A stretch of DNA of 64,000 nucleotides from an uncultured Chloroflexia bacterium (GTDB lineage: Bacteria > Chloroflexota > Limnocylindria > Limnocylindrales > CSP1-4): the NCBI GenBank assembly GCA_963813535.1, contig CAWEZH010000003.1:352001-416000 (forward strand), read 5' to 3'. Every line of letters begins with the position of its first letter. Positions within the stretch are counted from its first letter, which is position 1. The notes under the pieces were generated by a model, which was not told where the DNA came from, searched no databases, and saw nothing but the letters and a program-made list of their open reading frames with translations. Positions 60,868 to 64,000 of the stretch are shown one piece after another. The position numbers and the translations under genes were made by a program.

Positions 60868-60916
60868 AGCCGCACGTCACGTGGAGGAGCGGCAACGACC
60901 TCTCCGGCGATCACAC

Positions 60917-61489
60917 CTAGCCGGGCAGGTCGTCCTGGACGTCGACGTCGCGGAGCGTCTGGCCGGTCGGGTCGAGCGGGCGCCACGTCGCTGGCGGGAC
61001 CACGTCGACATCCAGCGCCAGGAGCAAGGCCCGGAGTCGTCGTTCCCCACTGGCGATGAGGCGGTCGGCAGCTGGCGACGCGACCGACCGACGGGTCGCC
61101 ATCGGGAGCGGGCGAGGTCCGTCCTCGTCGGCGAGGACCGACGCCTCGCGCCGCTCGAGGGCGGCCACGAGTCGCTCCAGGACTGCCGGCACCATCGTCG
61201 GCATGTCGCCCCCGACGACGAGGACGCGCTCGACGGCTGGGTCGAGGGCATGGAACCCGGCCGCCAGCGCGGCGAGCGGCCCCTCGAACGGAAGCTCGTC
61301 CCGCACGGCGGTCGCACCGGGTCGTTCGACGGAGGGCCCGACGACCACGATCTCCGTCGCAACCGCGCTGACTGCGTCGATCGCGTGGTCCAGCATCTGC
61401 CTGCCGTCGATCGGTTCCACGAGCTTGTCGCGTCCGAACCTGGACGAGCGGCCCCCGGCGAGGACGATCGCCGCGACCCGCTCGCTCAC
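60917..61489 (-). CDS. mobA: Molybdenum cofactor guanylyltransferase
   Basis: IVLAGGRSSRFGRDK, EGPLAAL, VVGGDMP, DVDVQDDL. Confidence 0.88.
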   Translation of the reverse strand: MSERVAAIVLAGGRSSRFGRDKLVEPIDGRQMLDHAIDAVSAVATEIVVVGPSVERPGATAVRDELPFEGPLAALAAGFHALDPAVERVLVVGGDMPTMVPAVLERLVAALERREASVLADEDGPRPLPMATRRSVASPAADRLIASGERRLRALLLALDVDVVPPATWRPLDPTGQTLRDVDVQDDLPG

Positions 61490-61505
61490 GGCGCGACGTG
61501 TGCGG

Positions 61506-63270
61506 TCATCGCGCGACGGCGGCGGGCGCCTTCGGGCCGGGGACGTGCCCGTCCGGCGTCCGGCGCAGGATCGCTCGGCGGTCGAGGTCCTCGAGGATGG
61601 CCATCACGTACTTGCGACTGGTGCCCGTCGCATCGCGGAATGCGGCGGGCGTCAACGGTGCGGTCGACGCCATCGCGAGCGCGGTGCCGATGATGTCGCG
61701 GTACGTCGACGAGGCATAGGCGAGGTCCGCATCGAGCACGACGATCCGGCCGGCCCGCTCCAATGCGCGGATGCCGGCGGGTGGGCAGCCGGCGGCCTGC
61801 GCCGCGTCGGCAAGCGGTGGGGGCGCGACGACGGCAAGGGCCGCCTCGAGGCGATCCATGGCGGCCGTCAGGGTCGGGTCCTCCGCAGGTGCGGCGGTCC
61901 CTGGACGCCGAACCGTCTCGCCGTCGCGGACCAGCAGGCCGGCCTCGACGACCCGATCCACGACCATGGCCGCGGTCGCCGCTGCCAGGTCCGGGCGGAG
62001 CGTCAGGTTGCGCCGGAGCGCGCGCGCGACAGCGTTTCGAACGGCCACCAGCGGCGTCGCGTCGCCCACCGCCCGGAGCGCCGCCTCCTCCGCGATCGAT
62101 GCGACATCGGGCGCCAGCTCGCCGCCGTCGATGCCGTGCAGATCGCGACGGGCGCCCGGTGCGCCGGCCGCCAGGGCCGAGACCCGATCCTCCGTCTGGC
62201 GTCGCCGGGCGGTACCGCGCGGCGGCTGCGGATCGAGGACGACGCCACCGACCGGCGGGAAGGTCGTCCCCCGGCGCACGACGAACCGGTCCCCGGCCCG
62301 CAGCGGGATCGGCCGGTCGAGACGCACGATGCCCGCCGGTCGACCGTCGCCGAGCGTGATGGCGTCCCGACCACTCCGGCCGATCGTCGCCTCGGCTGCC
62401 GACGTGGCGGCGTGGACCCGCCCTCGCGCGCGATCCGAGATGGGCCGCCCGAACGCGGCAAGGACGCGATCTGTCGCGACCACGGTCGGATCGGCCGTCA
62501 GCGTCATCCCTCGATGCAGCTCGCCCGCCTCGACACCGCCAAGGTTGAGCGCGGTCCGGCCGCCTCCGTCGACGATGTCGACCCGCACACCGCGAACCTG
62601 GATCTCGCGGATCCGGACCTCGCGGTCACCGGGAAGGAGTCGGAGCGACGTCCGGGCCGTCAGCGGGCCACCCCGCAGCGTGCCGGTCACGACGGAGCCC
62701 GCGGCCCTTGACCGAGAAGACCCGATCGATCGCGAGGGTCGGTGGGCGCGCGGGCGGCTCGACGTCCGCCCGAAGCGCGATCAGCGCTCGTCGTACATCG
62801 TCGATCCCGTCCCCGCTGACGCCCGACGCAGCAAGGATCGCCGAGCCCGCGAGGGAGGTGCCGGCCAGCACGCCTCGGACGAGCTCCGTGACGTCGTCCA
62901 CGCGTTCGGGTGGCACGGCGTCGACCTTGGTGATCACCGCGATACCGGGGGTCACGCCGAGCGCGTCGAGCAGTGCGAGGTGCTCGAGCGTCTGGGCCCG
63001 CGGGCCGTCGTCCGCGGCGACGATCAGCAGCGCGGCATCGATCTCGCCAGCGCCGACCAGCATGTTGCCGACGAGTCGGTCGTGGCCCGGCACATCGACG
63101 AAGTCGATGACATCGCCGTCGTCGAGCGTCAGGTGGGCGTACCCGACATCGATCGTCATGCCCCGCCGGCGCTCCTCGGGCAGGCGGTCGGCATCGATAC
63201 CCGTGAGGGCACGCAGGAGCGTCGTCTTGCCGTGATCGATGTGGCCGGCCGTGCCGACGACGAGGGTCAT
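61506..63270 (-). CDS. selB: Selenocysteine-specific elongation factor, frameshift near 62697
   Basis: GTAGHIDHGKTT, DRLPEERRRGMTIDVGY, DVPGH, IDRVFSVKGRG; the second frame ends with the winged helix FRDATGTSRKYVMAILEDLD. Confidence 0.94.
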
Positions 63271-64000
63271 CGCAGGACGGCGCTCAGCGCGGTCGCCAGT
63301 CGCGCGTCCGCTTCGGGCGGCACCGTACGCAGGTCGATGATCACCCGGTCGTCATCGATCCGGGCGACGACCGACGGCGTGCCGCGTCGCAAGGCGGCGA
63401 CCGTCCGGGTCGCCGAGCGGGTCGTCAGCGCAAGGCCGACCGACGGCAGGGTCTCACCGGGCAGCGAGCCGCCGCCGATCGTGGAGCGGGTGTCGACCGG
63501 CTCGACCGGCGCTCCGAGCGAGGTCGATGAGGGCCGCGGCCCGGGCGCGCAGCTCGTCGACCGACGTTGCGATCATCCGCCACACCGGGATCTCGGCCGT
63601 GGCCCGCCCGGCGCGGTAGAGCCCCAGCGTCAGCGCGACGCCAGCCATCGTCGCCTTGTCGGGTCGCATGGCGCGCGCGAGCGGATCGCGCCGCATCCGC
63701 GCGATGAGATCCGACCGGCCGACGACGAGGCCGGCCTGCGGCCCGCCCACGAGCTTGTCGCCACTGAACGTCACGATGTCGGAGCCAGCCGCGAGCCGTT
63801 CTGATGGCGATGGCTCGTGGGCCAGCCCGAAGGCCGCGGTATCGATGAGTGCTCCGGACCCGAGGTCGTCGATGACGACCGCGCCGTGGCGATGTGCCAG
63901 GTCCGCGACCGCCCGATGGTCGGGCGCCTCCGTGAAACCGGACATCGCGAAGTTGGACGGATGCACACGGAGCACGGCGCGCGCGGCGCCGTCGGCCAGC
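63267..64000 (-). CDS. selA: L-seryl-tRNA(Sec) selenium transferase (5' end outside the window; frameshift near 63515)
   Basis: LRVHPSNF, DDLGSG, FSGDKLVGGPQAG, PLARAMRPDK, then IGGGSLPGE and DLRTV in the next frame; ATGA overlap with selB. Confidence 0.94.

Noticed and set aside
60690-60916. tRNA-Sec (selC) or Moco riboswitch
   Set aside because: No cloverleaf, T-arm or UCA anticodon loop; it lies downstream of mobA and lacks recognisable Moco motif elements.
17300-63520. Programmed ribosomal frameshifting in the peptidase, GcvT-family, amidohydrolase and sel genes
   Set aside because: No shared slippery heptamer, and these families are not known to be recoded; assembly indels explain the pattern.
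9754-63804. Numerous long antisense or alternate-frame ORFs (e.g. 9754..11607, 19554..21371, 39045..40850, 41977..43644, 61771..63804)
   Set aside because: Shadow ORFs caused by stop-codon scarcity at very high GC; Arg/Pro/Gly-rich, without motifs, and overlapping well-supported genes.

Overview
Very high-GC bacterial chromosomal DNA, mostly housekeeping and accessory genes. The gene content suggests Chloroflexota or Actinomycetota (inference). About a dozen single-base frameshifts in conserved genes point to an unpolished long-read assembly. Left to right: a surface-protein locus (Big-1 protein with an LPRTS sorting signal, a sortase whose catalytic Cys is Ser, and a DUF4012-like gene running off the left edge); a PRC-barrel protein; pyrG; an hsp20/hspR-like operon with a HAIR-like operator; a Tat-exported amidase followed by an orphan palindromic repeat array; psuG; S9 and M14 peptidases; a ~1,630-aa repeat adhesin; a PfkB kinase; a pentose-phosphate cluster (tkt, rpiB, pgi, gnd, zwf, opcA, pgl) followed by citrate synthase; an FMO/LuxR pair; corA; GT87; MFS; a 183-nt 6S-like RNA with DnaA-box-like motifs at its promoter; an SbcCD-like pair; a zinc-ribbon protein with a structured leader; an amidohydrolase; a second unexplained structured RNA; and mobA-selB-selA (selA partial). 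No cas genes, transposases, tRNAs or rRNAs were recognised. The most interesting items are the Ser-sortase locus, the two structured non-coding elements and the palindromic array.
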